Assembly: GCA_041600755.1 (NCBI GenBank)
Contig: JBFIJL010000002.1
Location: 80,850 to 144,849, forward strand
DNA length: 64,000 bases
Direction: 5' to 3'
From: Candidatus Saccharimonadales bacterium
GTDB taxonomy: Bacteria; Patescibacteriota; Saccharimonadia; Saccharimonadales; JAXHNE01
Shown here: positions 10,717 to 20,355 of the stretch, piece after piece
Numbering within the stretch: the first letter of the stretch is position 1
Layout of the letters: every line of letters begins with the position of its first letter
Notes under the pieces: generated by a model
What the model saw: the letters and a program-made list of their open reading frames with translations, nothing else
Databases searched by the model: none
What the model was told of the DNA's origin: nothing
Position numbers and translations under genes: made by a program

Positions 10717-10893
10717 ATGAATAACCTTTACATTCTTGCACATGACGGCGTCGATCATGCCAGTGAAGCTGAGTCGTTAGCGCATCAATCAAGTTCAATA
10801 ACTATCATAATTGTCGTAGTAGCGGCTGTTTTCATTCTAGCTGCAAGTCTTCTGCTTAGGTTCAATAAATCTGCAAAAAAACGTCAAAAATAG
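10717..10893 (+). CDS. Possible 58-aa single-TM protein (His/acidic N-terminus, basic C-terminus)
   Basis: Hand-translated as MNNLYILAHDGVDHASEAESLAHQSSSITIIIVVVAAVFILAASLLLRFNKSAKKRQK. It is below the ORF-track cutoff and lies divergent from atpB. Confidence 0.3.
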   Translation: MNNLYILAHDGVDHASEAESLAHQSSSITIIIVVVAAVFILAASLLLRFNKSAKKRQK

Positions 10894-10988
10894 GATTAGC
10901 GAATCCACATATAGTGCCAGCTACTTGCATCAATACGCTAAATAGGCGTATAATTTAGTCGTGAACTAAACTGCGAGGAGACAAGTGG

Positions 10989-11498
10989 ATGTCTGATGCA
11001 TACGGAATAGAGAAAGCTCCTGGATTCACTCCAGAAGTTATCATTTCTCCACCTCTTATAGAATTTGATGCTGAATTTGAAAACCCCATAGACATGGGCA
11101 AAATGATTGATTTTATAGAAAACGGCAGCAATGGGGTAGATACATTGCTAGAAATTTGCCGCGAAGCAAACATTGCAGAGGATCCGGTTCGTGGTCTAAT
11201 TAACGACGCCAATAAGCTTTACGAAGCAACATTCTTCGAAGACCCACGCACCAAGACCAATCTAGATATCGACAAACTCATGATTCTCTACGACGACACA
11301 GAAGAGTACACTCATTGCAGCTTGTTGCATACGCTAGAAAATCTTAGAGACGAGGTGCAGCATAAAGATGCAGTTGCACATGCTGACAGATTAGCTCGTT
11401 TACTCATACTAGATCAGAATAATTCTATAACCATCCCGCGGACTGGCAAGCAGTCAGGCTCCGAACTGTCGGTAGTGACGCCACCAGAAGACGAGTAA
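10989..11498 (+). CDS. Hypothetical acidic protein
   Basis: 169-aa ORF with no recognisable motif. Confidence 0.5.
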   Translation: MSDAYGIEKAPGFTPEVIISPPLIEFDAEFENPIDMGKMIDFIENGSNGVDTLLEICREANIAEDPVRGLINDANKLYEATFFEDPRTKTNLDIDKLMILYDDTEEYTHCSLLHTLENLRDEVQHKDAVAHADRLARLLILDQNNSITIPRTGKQSGSELSVVTPPEDE

Positions 11499-11538
11499 AT
11501 ATACTCTTGGCGAAAAGATAAGTTAAGATGGTTGGTAT

Positions 11539-12108
11539 ATGTTTGATGATTTTGAGACCAAAGACCATGTGATCCTAGTCTATACCGGAGAAGGCAAAGG
11601 TAAGACCTCGGCCTCCGTAGGCTTGATGGCCCGCGCCCTCGGCACCCGATGGAAGGTTGCATTTGTCCAGTTCATTAAATACTGGGGCGCTGGAGAGCAC
11701 GTATTCATCCGCGACATTCAAGACATATACGGCGATGACCTATATTTCTACAAGGGCGGAAAAGGCTTTTATGACGCTGGCGAGCTCAGCGAACAACACA
11801 TAACCGAGGATCAGCACAAACAAGCTGCCCAAGATACTTATGACGTCGCCATGGATTGCGTCACAGGCAAAAAGTATAATTTGGTAATCTGCGACGAAAT
11901 CAACAATGCCGTCCATGACGGGCTACTGAGTGAATCCCAACTAAAAAAGCTCATTGTTGCTGCTAACACTCACAAGGTTTCATTGTGTCTCACAGGCCGC
12001 GATTTTCCAGATAATTTGCTGAAGCAAATCGATATCGCCACTAATATGACTAAGATAAAGCATCATTTTGATGACAAGTTCCTAGCCAACAAAGGCATCG
12101 ACTACTAA
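11539..12108 (+). CDS. cobO: Cob(I)yrinic acid a,c-diamide / cob(I)alamin adenosyltransferase (CobO/BtuR family)
   Basis: VLVYTGEGKGKTSASVGLMARALG...VAFVQFIK...LVICDEIN...LTGR matches the family layout end to end. Confidence 0.85.
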   Translation: MFDDFETKDHVILVYTGEGKGKTSASVGLMARALGTRWKVAFVQFIKYWGAGEHVFIRDIQDIYGDDLYFYKGGKGFYDAGELSEQHITEDQHKQAAQDTYDVAMDCVTGKKYNLVICDEINNAVHDGLLSESQLKKLIVAANTHKVSLCLTGRDFPDNLLKQIDIATNMTKIKHHFDDKFLANKGIDY

Positions 12109-12361
12109 ATAGTCTACCGCGCCTAAGAGCTGACCCAGGCTAGGAATTATTCCTGATGTACGAGTGTCGAAGTCACTATGCATAGCAAGGATTTGTCCGA
12201 AACACTTCTATCCCAAATAACAAAGAAGTTCAAGTTGTCCGAGCATTGTGTTCTTTGACAACGAGGTCATAAAGAACAATTGCCGCCTGTCGGCTTTTGG
12301 CTTCCGTTTTGGCCGAGATCAAAATGGAAGAAAAGTGGTTTTTGCTGCTAAACTCATACGC

Positions 12362-12886
12362 ATGAAGCCAACGCTCTATTTAATGCTAGGATATCCTGGA
12401 GCCGGGAAAACCACGGTTGCCAAGCTGGTGTCTGAAATTACTGGTGCCGAGCACATCTGGGCGGATCATGAACGTAAAATTAAATACGGCCAGCCCAGCT
12501 ACTCGCAAACAGAAAATGATGAACTGTACAGTGAGCTAAACCACAGGACTGAATCTCTTCTAAGGGAAGGCAAAAGTGTAATGTTTGACACGGCTTTTAA
12601 TCATTATGAAGATCGCAAGAAACTTGAAAATATTGCGCGAACAGCCGGTGCAGACACAGTGATACTTTGGGTTCAGACACCGCGTGAGGTTGCCAAGAAA
12701 CGTGCAACAACAGACTTAGATGCTCAGCCCACCCGAGTTCTTAATGATCAAGAACCGCTACATCACGAACACTTCGAATACCTCAGCGACAAGCTCGAAG
12801 AGCCTCGCAACGACGAGACCGTCGTTATTCTGAACGGAACAGACATTACAAAAGAATACGTAAGCCAAAAACTTCGTGATGCTTAA
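12362..12886 (+). CDS. P-loop kinase-like ATP-binding protein (AAA_33/zeta-toxin-like fold)
   Basis: Walker A LMLGYPGAGKTT sits directly after the internal Met at 12362. The track ORF starts at 12248, but that N-terminal extension looks non-coding. Confidence 0.6.
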   Translation: MKPTLYLMLGYPGAGKTTVAKLVSEITGAEHIWADHERKIKYGQPSYSQTENDELYSELNHRTESLLREGKSVMFDTAFNHYEDRKKLENIARTAGADTVILWVQTPREVAKKRATTDLDAQPTRVLNDQEPLHHEHFEYLSDKLEEPRNDETVVILNGTDITKEYVSQKLRDA

Positions 12887-13454
12887 GCTCACAAAAAAAC
12901 AAAAACGAACCATTCTTTCGCTGCTCATTACACTTCTTCTTGGAGTTTTTGGCTATGCAATTACAGATGATGGCTTGCTTCAAAAGATTCCAGGCCCTGC
13001 ACCAGCAGGGACATACCGAATTGTAGATTTTGAAGACGGCGACACAATAACGATAGACATGAACGGAACTGAAGAACGAGTGAGATTTATTGGCATAGAC
13101 ACTCCGGAAACTAAAGACCCTCGCAAACCTGTCCAATGTTTCGGAAATGCAGCTAGCGCATTTACAAAGAACCTGATTGGCGACAATCCTGTGCGCTTAG
13201 AGCTTGACCCGCTCAGCAGCAACCGTGATCGCTATGATCGACTACTAAGATACATATATCTACCAGATGGCAGATTGGTGCAAGCCGAAATTCTAAAGGC
13301 TGGCTACGGGTTTGCATACACCAGCTTTCCGTTTACAAAGTCAGACGAATTTTTGACTTATCAGCGTGAGGCCCGAGAAGAAAACCGTGGCCTCTGGAGC
13401 CAATGCGCTCCGGAACAAAATCAATATGGTGGCTACACTAGCAACCCTGAATAG
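12876..13454 (+). CDS. Membrane-anchored/secreted thermonuclease (staphylococcal nuclease fold)
   Basis: N-terminal TM, then DGDTITI...VRFIGIDTPETKDPRKPVQCFG...RDRYDRLLRYIYL...GLW. Confidence 0.85.
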   Translation: MMLKLTKKQKRTILSLLITLLLGVFGYAITDDGLLQKIPGPAPAGTYRIVDFEDGDTITIDMNGTEERVRFIGIDTPETKDPRKPVQCFGNAASAFTKNLIGDNPVRLELDPLSSNRDRYDRLLRYIYLPDGRLVQAEILKAGYGFAYTSFPFTKSDEFLTYQREAREENRGLWSQCAPEQNQYGGYTSNPE

Positions 13455-13460
13455 TTTGCA

Positions 13461-13814
13461 ATGTCGATTGTATTGTGTTATTGTATGATTGATATGAAGC
13501 AACATTATAATCCTGAATTTGAAAGTGGTGTATCAAAAACCCGAGAGCTGGTTACGTCTGCAGGGTTACTAATTGGATACTGTGGAATGCTTTTTTGGGG
13601 TGCCGCGATAGCCGTGGACGGCGGTAGTGAGCCAGCAGTTGATGGCGCCACTGCTCTTGAGGTTAACGAAACCTACGATTGGGGAAGTGATTTTGAGCGT
13701 GAGAACTTTTTTACGGCTTTCGTTATAGCCGCAGCTTCAACTGCCTCTGCAGTTAATGCATACGGTAAAGAGTCTCAGAGCTCAACAGCCTACCAACCTC
13801 AACACCTTCGTTAA
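13461..13814 (+). CDS. Hypothetical membrane protein
   Basis: 117-aa ORF with two hydrophobic segments. The start codon is uncertain. Confidence 0.35.
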   Translation: MSIVLCYCMIDMKQHYNPEFESGVSKTRELVTSAGLLIGYCGMLFWGAAIAVDGGSEPAVDGATALEVNETYDWGSDFERENFFTAFVIAAASTASAVNAYGKESQSSTAYQPQHLR

Positions 13815-13823
13815 ACATGATTA

Positions 13824-14660
13824 TTACATTGGGTGCGGGCGAGAGACTGTTTTTTTGAAAAAGTTTTTCAAACTTCTGGAATCTGTGGCCGGGTCATAGG
13901 AACGGCGAAGCGGATAAAGAGTAAGGTAGCCAATCCAATAAATGCTGACCGCCAGCGGTGCTCCAAGACTGTAAATACCGTGATCGGTGTATGTTTTCCT
14001 GAAAATATTCATATAATGTGCAAATTTTTGTGGACTATCATCATAGCGCCTCGACGACATACTTGCTCGAAGCGACTTATCGTATCTAATCCGTTTTGCG
14101 CGCCGAGATAAGTGAATCGCCAAGTCCAAATCTTCGTGAGAATCCTTAGATGTACATGCGCTATCGCGAACTTCCTTCCATGCGCCTGAAGTCAAGACCA
14201 TATTAGAGCCAAACAAAAAAGGCATGTTACGAGCCCCCCGATACAACGCCTTGCGTACTGCGTGGTCAATCCTGTGATTGGTTTTTGTGTGGGGCATATC
14301 GTAATAGCCGACAGGCCCGGTTGCTGCAGCTAATTTTTTATCTACCATAATATCTAGTACTGTCTGCACCCAATCGGCAGGTAGGATTGTATCTGCGTCA
14401 ATTCTGCCAATGAGTTCGGATTTAGCTTTGTTGAATCCAGTATTGCGAGCATGCACCACTCCCTGTTTTGACTCACAAACAACCCTAACAAATGGATATC
14501 GAGCAACGATCTCTAACGTTGCATCCGATGAATTGTTGTCTACTACAATCACTTCGCTGGGCTTTCGTGTCTGTGCAGCAATTGCATCTAGGCAAGGTCC
14601 GATGTAGTCTTCTTCGTTAAAAACAGGTATAATGATGCTTAAGCTTGAGGAGTTGGTCAT
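13824..14660 (-). CDS. Family 2 glycosyltransferase
   Basis: LSIIIPVFNEEDYI...VIVVDNNSSDAT...RIDADT (DxD). I chose the start at internal Met 14660 to avoid overlapping the divergent gene. Confidence 0.8.
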   Translation of the reverse strand: MTNSSSLSIIIPVFNEEDYIGPCLDAIAAQTRKPSEVIVVDNNSSDATLEIVARYPFVRVVCESKQGVVHARNTGFNKAKSELIGRIDADTILPADWVQTVLDIMVDKKLAAATGPVGYYDMPHTKTNHRIDHAVRKALYRGARNMPFLFGSNMVLTSGAWKEVRDSACTSKDSHEDLDLAIHLSRRAKRIRYDKSLRASMSSRRYDDSPQKFAHYMNIFRKTYTDHGIYSLGAPLAVSIYWIGYLTLYPLRRSYDPATDSRSLKNFFKKTVSRPHPM

Positions 14661-14689
14661 ATAGACTAGCCTATCAAACAAATCAATAA

Positions 14690-15835
14690 ATGAAGAAGCA
14701 AAAAAAGACCACAACTAAAAATAAATCTGTTGCGCCAGTTCGGCGCGCACTTAATTTTGCAAAATTCTGGGTTTGCAAGTTTTGGAATGTTGGGTTTTGG
14801 CACAAATTAACTCTGGTAGTGACAACATTCATTTTTGTCCTAACACTTGGCATGTACTCAGTTGCACAGTGGTACATAGGCAAACATCGAAGTGAGCCGC
14901 TTGTTATTGGCGCCACCTTCATCCCGAACTACGCTCGCTATTTCGAACTCGATCCAAAAGAAACACTACATGCCATGATCTATGAACTTGGTATTCGTGA
15001 TTTTAGGTTTGTAAGTTACTGGTCCAATGGCGAGCCAGAACCTGGACAGTATGATTTTGCAGAACTCGACTGGCAGTTTGACATGGTCGAGGAAGTGGGC
15101 GGAACTGTGAGTCTTGCAATTGGACTCCGACAACCACGTTGGCCTGAATGCCACATGCCTACTTGGGCAAAAGATCTTCCCAAAGACCAGTGGTCTGTTG
15201 AACTTGAAAAATACATGAGCGAAACAGTTGCCAGATATAAAGATCGTCCAAGCCTCCAAAGCTATCAGTTAGAAAATGAATACTTGCTTGAGGCGTTTGG
15301 TGATTGCCCAGACCACAGTCGTGAGCGATTGGTGAAAGAGTTCAAAATGGTTAAGTCTCTCGACCCAGACACTACATTGATTACATCGCGTAGCAATAAC
15401 GCAGTTCCAAGCTGGCCACTTGGCGAGCCACGTTCCGATATTAACGCTGCATCTATTTATAAACGAGTCTGGGACGGGACAATCACCAAACGCTATTTCG
15501 AATATCCAGTCCCGGCATGGTTTTATGCATTTCTTGCCGGAGGGGCCGAGATCACAACCGGGCGAAATACTTTTATTCATGAGCTCCAGACAGAAGCCTG
15601 GACACCTCCAGATTTTGGAGGATTGAAAGATGCACCAATTGGCGAACAAGATAAATCATTTAGCGCTAGCGATGTTGAACCAAGACTGCAATATGCAATA
15701 GACACAGGAATGAAGCGCATAGACATCTGGGGGGTTGAATGGTACTACTATCGAATGACCAAACTGGACGATCCAAGCCTATGGAACGCCACAAAATCTG
15801 AGCTTACTCGCATAAGACAGGCCAATCAGAACTAA
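14690..15835 (+). CDS. Membrane-anchored glycoside hydrolase, TIM-barrel clan GH-A-like (GH5/GH42-like)
   Basis: Lys-rich N-terminus plus a TM. Candidate acid/base in QLENEY and nucleophile in LQTEAW. The family assignment is tentative. Confidence 0.5.
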   Translation: MKKQKKTTTKNKSVAPVRRALNFAKFWVCKFWNVGFWHKLTLVVTTFIFVLTLGMYSVAQWYIGKHRSEPLVIGATFIPNYARYFELDPKETLHAMIYELGIRDFRFVSYWSNGEPEPGQYDFAELDWQFDMVEEVGGTVSLAIGLRQPRWPECHMPTWAKDLPKDQWSVELEKYMSETVARYKDRPSLQSYQLENEYLLEAFGDCPDHSRERLVKEFKMVKSLDPDTTLITSRSNNAVPSWPLGEPRSDINAASIYKRVWDGTITKRYFEYPVPAWFYAFLAGGAEITTGRNTFIHELQTEAWTPPDFGGLKDAPIGEQDKSFSASDVEPRLQYAIDTGMKRIDIWGVEWYYYRMTKLDDPSLWNATKSELTRIRQANQN

Positions 15836-15988
15836 AAACACAACGCACAACATCTAACAAATATTATTCCAACAAATTTTAGTACTCGGGATCTTTACCG
15901 GGGAGATGTACCTATCTTCTTATTATAGCATACTTTGCAAGATTTGTCTATATACACAAGAGTTATGATGGGGTAGAATAGCTTCATT

Positions 15989-16459
15989 ATGGGCAACAGA
16001 AAACGACGGCCACAAAACAATAGTCTGCGAAACCGTAGGGCTAGTTTTGACTATGCCCTGGAAGATTCGTTAGTAGCGGGGCTCGAGCTAACAGGAGCAG
16101 AAACAAAATCACTCCGGCATGGTCACGGCCACCTCAAAGGAGCGTACGTCACTACGCGTGATAATGAGCTTTACCTCATAAATGCCACCATAACCGGCAG
16201 CAATGCCGTACCCATTGCCGAGGATGACGTCACGCGAGCCAGAAAGCTGCTGGTCAAGCGCAAAGACATAGATGCGCTTCTTGCTGCAAAAAAGCAGGGA
16301 AGAAGCATTGTGCCTCTGGAAATCCTGAACCGTGGGAGATTTGTGAAGTTGCGTATCGCACTAGGCAAGGGCAAAAAGACCACCGACAAGCGCCAAACTA
16401 TCAAAAAACGAGAAGATAAAATTGCGTCCGAACGAGCAATAAAACATCACTCTCGGTAA
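15989..16459 (+). CDS. smpB: SsrA-binding protein
   Basis: NRRASFDYALEDSLVAGLELTGAETKSLR...LKGAYV...LLVKRKDI, plus a basic tail. Confidence 0.9.
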   Translation: MGNRKRRPQNNSLRNRRASFDYALEDSLVAGLELTGAETKSLRHGHGHLKGAYVTTRDNELYLINATITGSNAVPIAEDDVTRARKLLVKRKDIDALLAAKKQGRSIVPLEILNRGRFVKLRIALGKGKKTTDKRQTIKKREDKIASERAIKHHSR

Positions 16460-16558
16460 AATCCTTGTCTATAGCGTACTCCTCCGATATAATTGGACGG
16501 TCTCTGTTGCTTCAGCACCAGGGAAGTACCTACAAAATAATGGCTTTATGCCATTTAT

Positions 16559-16633
16559 TCCGGGGTAGCTCAGCGGTAGAGCGGGAAGCTGTTAACTTCT
16601 AGGTCGCTGGTTCGAATCCAGTCCCCGGAGCCA
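16559..16633 (+). tRNA. tRNA-Asn (anticodon GTT), CCA encoded
   Basis: Hand-folded cloverleaf: acceptor TCCGGGG/CCCCGGA, D arm GCTC-AGCGGTA-GAGC, anticodon arm GGAAG-CTGTTAA-CTTCT, T arm GCTGG-TTCGAAT-CCAGT, then G-CCA. Confidence 0.9.
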
Positions 16634-16799
16634 AAAGATGAGAGTCAGGTGTTTGCCTGGCTCTTTTCTTTGATCTTCGATGATTCGAACCTTGGTCGAA
16701 AATAGCCTGTGGCTATTTGAGTTTTCCTTGCTTGGCCGAACGAGAAATTTCATATTTCAAGAGAGCATATTTAGCACGAATCCAGTCCCCGGAGCCAAG
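16627..16799. repeat. Module M1, copy a (173 bp), bounded at both ends by GGAGCCA of the tRNA-Asn 3' end
   Basis: Aligns over its full length with 26643-26815, with about 8 mismatches by eye. It ends with cgaatccagtccccggagcca, which matches the last 21 nt of the tRNA. Confidence 0.9.
16641..16668 (+). terminator. Hairpin terminator after tRNA-Asn
   Basis: AGAGTCAGG-tgtttg-CCTGGCTCT followed by TTTT. Confidence 0.5.
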
Positions 16800-16889
16800 A
16801 AAGAACCATAGTCTTATGACTGTGGTTTTTTCTATGTTCTGAGATTTGACTTGGACTAAGCGACGCTACAATTTATTGGAGCAAGTCGC

Positions 16890-16964
16890 GCCAGTTCGAT
16901 AATCCCCCGAAGACTATGTCTTCAAACGGGCGGATTATATCCCATAATCCAGTCCCCGGAGCCA
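16890..16964. repeat. Module M2, copy a (75 bp), ends in a tRNA-Asn 3'-end copy
   Basis: gccagtt..ataatcc-cccg-aagac-tat-gtctt-caaa-cggg-c-ggattat...aatccagtccccggagcca. The partner is at 27438-27513. It contains a nested imperfect hairpin. Confidence 0.85.
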
Positions 16965-17018
16965 AAATATGAAAGTCACCCTTGTGGTGGCTTTTGTATT
17001 TTGCCCCTGTGTTTGTGT

Positions 17019-17104
17019 TCGAACCAGGTTGCTCGGAACGAGCTGGTTCGATATTTTGAGTGAGTACGTGCAGTGCTTGCACGTGCGAAAGCTCGCCAAA
17101 ATAT
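17019..17104. repeat. Module M3, copy a (86 bp)
   Basis: TCGAACCAG-(15 nt)-CTGGTTCGA hairpin, then atattttgag...ttgcacgtgcgaaagctcgccaaaatat. The partner is at 28790-28875. GCTGGTTCGA equals the tRNA-Asn T-arm 5' half. Confidence 0.85.
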
Positions 17105-17348
17105 TTCTAAACCCTGTGTTCTGTCTATGATAAACTGCAAAATTACTGTACGAAAAGCGAGTTTCTAGACTATTCCGCAGATGAAACAGAAACACCCGTT
17201 AAAGCTACAGTACGTGTCTTATGCCAACAATATATAAGCCGTCTTAAAACTCTATGAGCTCCAGCAGTTAGCATTGAGCTGTTTAAAGAGTTTAATATAG
17301 GAATATTTAGTTGTATTATATAATCAAATAGTTTACTGAAAGAAACTT

Positions 17349-17831
17349 ATGAATATAACAAACTGGCTTTCCATTATAATAATCGTTCTAGTACTAACCC
17401 TTATACTCTTTATAATTCTGGTAAGTAACAAGCTATCAAGACGGTTATTGTACCTCCATAAACATATTAGTGATTCGGTTCAGTCTAAGTTTATAGATGT
17501 TAGTCCTAGCACCCAGAGTTTAGTGGAAGCTGCGATTGAAGTATGGCGATTAGAGAAACGGATTAGCAAGGTATCAAAAGACCTATCGGAAGACCAAAAC
17601 AAAGCATTTGAAAACTCTATTACAAAGCTGAATAGATTTCTTGATAAAAATGATATTACTTTTGCCGACTATACAGACCAAAAGTATAACGAAGGACTTA
17701 ACTTAGATGTTCTCAGTATTGATAAAGATAAGAATGTAGCTGAGAGCATTATTAAAGAAACCCACGAACCAGCCGTATTCCACAAAGGTCAGTTAATTAA
17801 AAAAGCAAAGGTAGTTGTCCTTGAAAAGTAG
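17349..17831 (+). CDS. Membrane-anchored GrpE-like protein (putative nucleotide exchange factor)
   Basis: N-terminal TM, a coiled coil, and a C-terminal ~50 aa (YNEGLNLDV...IIKETHEPAVFHKGQLIKKAKVVV) resembling the GrpE beta-domain pattern. It lies directly upstream of the Hsp70 gene and overlaps it. Confidence 0.45.
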   Translation: MNITNWLSIIIIVLVLTLILFIILVSNKLSRRLLYLHKHISDSVQSKFIDVSPSTQSLVEAAIEVWRLEKRISKVSKDLSEDQNKAFENSITKLNRFLDKNDITFADYTDQKYNEGLNLDVLSIDKDKNVAESIIKETHEPAVFHKGQLIKKAKVVVLEK

Positions 17832-20355
17832 AAATTCCAAATCAAAGAGTGATGATGGTGTCATTAACATCGGTATAGATTTAGGTACGACTAATTCAGC
17901 AATAGCAGTTAATTATGACGGCAAGACAGAGATAGTAAAGAATGGGGCTGGCAGCGACTACACCCCGTCAGTTTTCGGTATTGATAAGTCTGGGAACAAA
18001 ATTGTAGGCGTTAAGGCATATGACCGACTCTACAAATCATCATCTGATGAGGAAATACAGAATAATAAAGCCGAAGTGAAACGTTTAATGGGTACAGGTG
18101 AAACAATTCACTTTGATAGGATTAACGCTGATTTAACACCCGAAGAAGTATCCGCCGAGATTCTTAAAAGTCTTAAAGAAGATGCAACAAGAAAGTATAG
18201 TGATTTATCTTCTGTTGCTGCTGTTATTACGATTCCTGCACACTTTTCATCATTACAAGCAGAAGCTACTAAACGAGCAGGACAACTAGCTGGATTCAAG
18301 CACGTAGTACTACTGCAAGAACCTATTGCAGCAGCTATGGCATACGGTTTTGAAAAGTCTAATAATGAAAACTGGTTAGTATATGACTTGGGTGGTGGAA
18401 CTTTTGATGTGGCACTCATTTCTTCAAAGGACAGTAATTTAACTGTACTTGGTCATAGTGGCGATAACTTTCTAGGTGGAAAAGACTTTGACTTAAAAAT
18501 CATTGATGAAGTAATAAAACCTGAAATCTTAAATAAGTACAAACTAACTGATTTTGATAGAAGTTCAGAGAAGTATAGTAGTATTTTTGCACGACTAAAG
18601 GCTGCTGCTGAAACTGCAAAGATAGAACTATCTCAGTATGCAAAGACAACAATAGAAGTTGAAGACATTGGTAAAGATGAGAATGGTAACGAGATTTACG
18701 TTTCCATAAACTTGACTCGTGACCAATTTGAAGAAATCATTGCACCTCACATTACGAAAACTATTGAACTTGTAAAGAATACTCTCAAAGATTCTGGTAT
18801 TGCGCAAAGCTCTGTATCTAAGATTGTGCTGGTCGGTGGACCGACGCAGATCCCTTATTTACGAAAAGCACTTGAAGATGAGTTCAAAATAAAGGTAGAT
18901 GGTTCAATAGACCCACTTACAGTTGTGGCTAAAGGTGCAAGCGTTTTTGGACTTAGTCAAAGAGTCCCTACAGATATTCTCAATGAAGGACGAGAATCTG
19001 TTAAAGACGAAATGAATGCAACTTTAAATTACGATTCAATGACATCTGACGACGACCAGACCATTGCAGGAGTTGTTGAAGAATTAAGGGGTAGCGAATC
19101 AGAGTACTTTGTTCAGATTCAAGCAGATAGTGGTTTCTACACTAGTTCAAAAATTAAGCTCAAAGGCGGAAAGTTCTTTGACACAATAGCTATTGATAAG
19201 GGCAAAACAAATACCTATTGGCTTTACCTTTTTGATGACGCTGGAAACACAATACCAATGTTTCCTGACAGCTTTTCAGTAACTCACGGATTAACAGTTG
19301 CTGGTGCGCCTATTCCGCACGACGTGGGCGTTATATACGCTAAAAAAGGTTTTGATAGTGGCTTTCGGATGACCGAAGTCTGTGACCCCTATTTTGAAAA
19401 GAATAGCGTCCCGCCGTTGAAAAAGACCAATAATTACAAAACCGTCAAGAAACTTGAAAAAGGGAAAGAGAATAACTTACCTATCAAGGTTTATGAGGGT
19501 AACTCTACAAATCCTTCAAATAACGAAGTGATAACTACACTTCATATTGATGGCAAGAAGCTTCCTTATGATTTACCAGAAGCTACTGACGTAGATATTA
19601 CAATAAGTATTGATGAGTCACGAACAGTAGTCGTAGAAGCATATATACCGAGTATTGAGCTTACCTTAAATGCTAGGGCTGATACTTATAAGCAACAGGT
19701 TAATGTTTCTGGACTTGAAAAAGATTTAGCTGTACAAAAAGAACGTCTTAAATCAATAAAGAATAATGTTTCAGATGAAGAATATGAACAGCTTGAAAAT
19801 ACGATTGACGACTTAGGCACCAACATTAAGAACGCCAATCTTGATAATGATGATAAGAATAAAGCCGAAAGAGATATGCGTGAGTTAAAGACTAGCTTTG
19901 ATTCATTAGAGCAATCTAAAGAACTCCCGCAGTTGAAAGACGAGTTTAATTCAAAGATTGAAAATGCAAAAGAAATTATTGCTGAACTTGACGAAAGTGC
20001 CGAAAAGAAAGAGATTCTTACTGACTTGAAGGTCTTAGAAGATGAGGGCGAAAAAGCACTTAAAGCCACTGATAAGACAATGTTACTTCGTGTTAATGAG
20101 CAGATTGAGCAACTTACTTTCCGCTCTGTTTTCCAGAACCCTGCTGCCTGGGTGTTAATGCTAAATCAAATCAAAGACAAGCAGAATGAACTGTCTAATC
20201 AAACTGACGCAAATTACTTCATTGATAAAGCAGACAAAGCCGTTGATGAGGGTGATGTTGAAGAACTAAAAAGGTGCGTTCGCAATCTATTAGATTTACT
20301 TCCTAAAGAAACTCAAGATGAAATCAATTCAAGCATGTCAGGTATTACTAAGTAA
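17815..20355 (+). CDS. Atypical long Hsp70-family ATPase (846 aa)
   Basis: GIDLGTTNSAIAV, VKRLMG, AVITIPAHFSSLQAEATKRAGQLAGF, LLQEPIAAAMAYG, VYDLGGGTFDVALI, GDNFLGGKDFD, IVLVGGPTQIPYL. An SBD-beta-like segment (LPIKVYEGNS...DVDITISIDESRTVVVEAY) follows a ~150-aa insert. The C-terminus is a ~230-aa coiled-coil tail. TTG start. Confidence 0.9.
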   Translation: MSLKSRNSKSKSDDGVINIGIDLGTTNSAIAVNYDGKTEIVKNGAGSDYTPSVFGIDKSGNKIVGVKAYDRLYKSSSDEEIQNNKAEVKRLMGTGETIHFDRINADLTPEEVSAEILKSLKEDATRKYSDLSSVAAVITIPAHFSSLQAEATKRAGQLAGFKHVVLLQEPIAAAMAYGFEKSNNENWLVYDLGGGTFDVALISSKDSNLTVLGHSGDNFLGGKDFDLKIIDEVIKPEILNKYKLTDFDRSSEKYSSIFARLKAAAETAKIELSQYAKTTIEVEDIGKDENGNEIYVSINLTRDQFEEIIAPHITKTIELVKNTLKDSGIAQSSVSKIVLVGGPTQIPYLRKALEDEFKIKVDGSIDPLTVVAKGASVFGLSQRVPTDILNEGRESVKDEMNATLNYDSMTSDDDQTIAGVVEELRGSESEYFVQIQADSGFYTSSKIKLKGGKFFDTIAIDKGKTNTYWLYLFDDAGNTIPMFPDSFSVTHGLTVAGAPIPHDVGVIYAKKGFDSGFRMTEVCDPYFEKNSVPPLKKTNNYKTVKKLEKGKENNLPIKVYEGNSTNPSNNEVITTLHIDGKKLPYDLPEATDVDITISIDESRTVVVEAYIPSIELTLNARADTYKQQVNVSGLEKDLAVQKERLKSIKNNVSDEEYEQLENTIDDLGTNIKNANLDNDDKNKAERDMRELKTSFDSLEQSKELPQLKDEFNSKIENAKEIIAELDESAEKKEILTDLKVLEDEGEKALKATDKTMLLRVNEQIEQLTFRSVFQNPAAWVLMLNQIKDKQNELSNQTDANYFIDKADKAVDEGDVEELKRCVRNLLDLLPKETQDEINSSMSGITK

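Noticed and set aside
12248-12361. N-terminal 38 codons of the tracked P-loop kinase ORF
   Set aside because: The Walker A motif follows directly after the internal Met at 12362, as in related kinases. The extension has no supporting signal.
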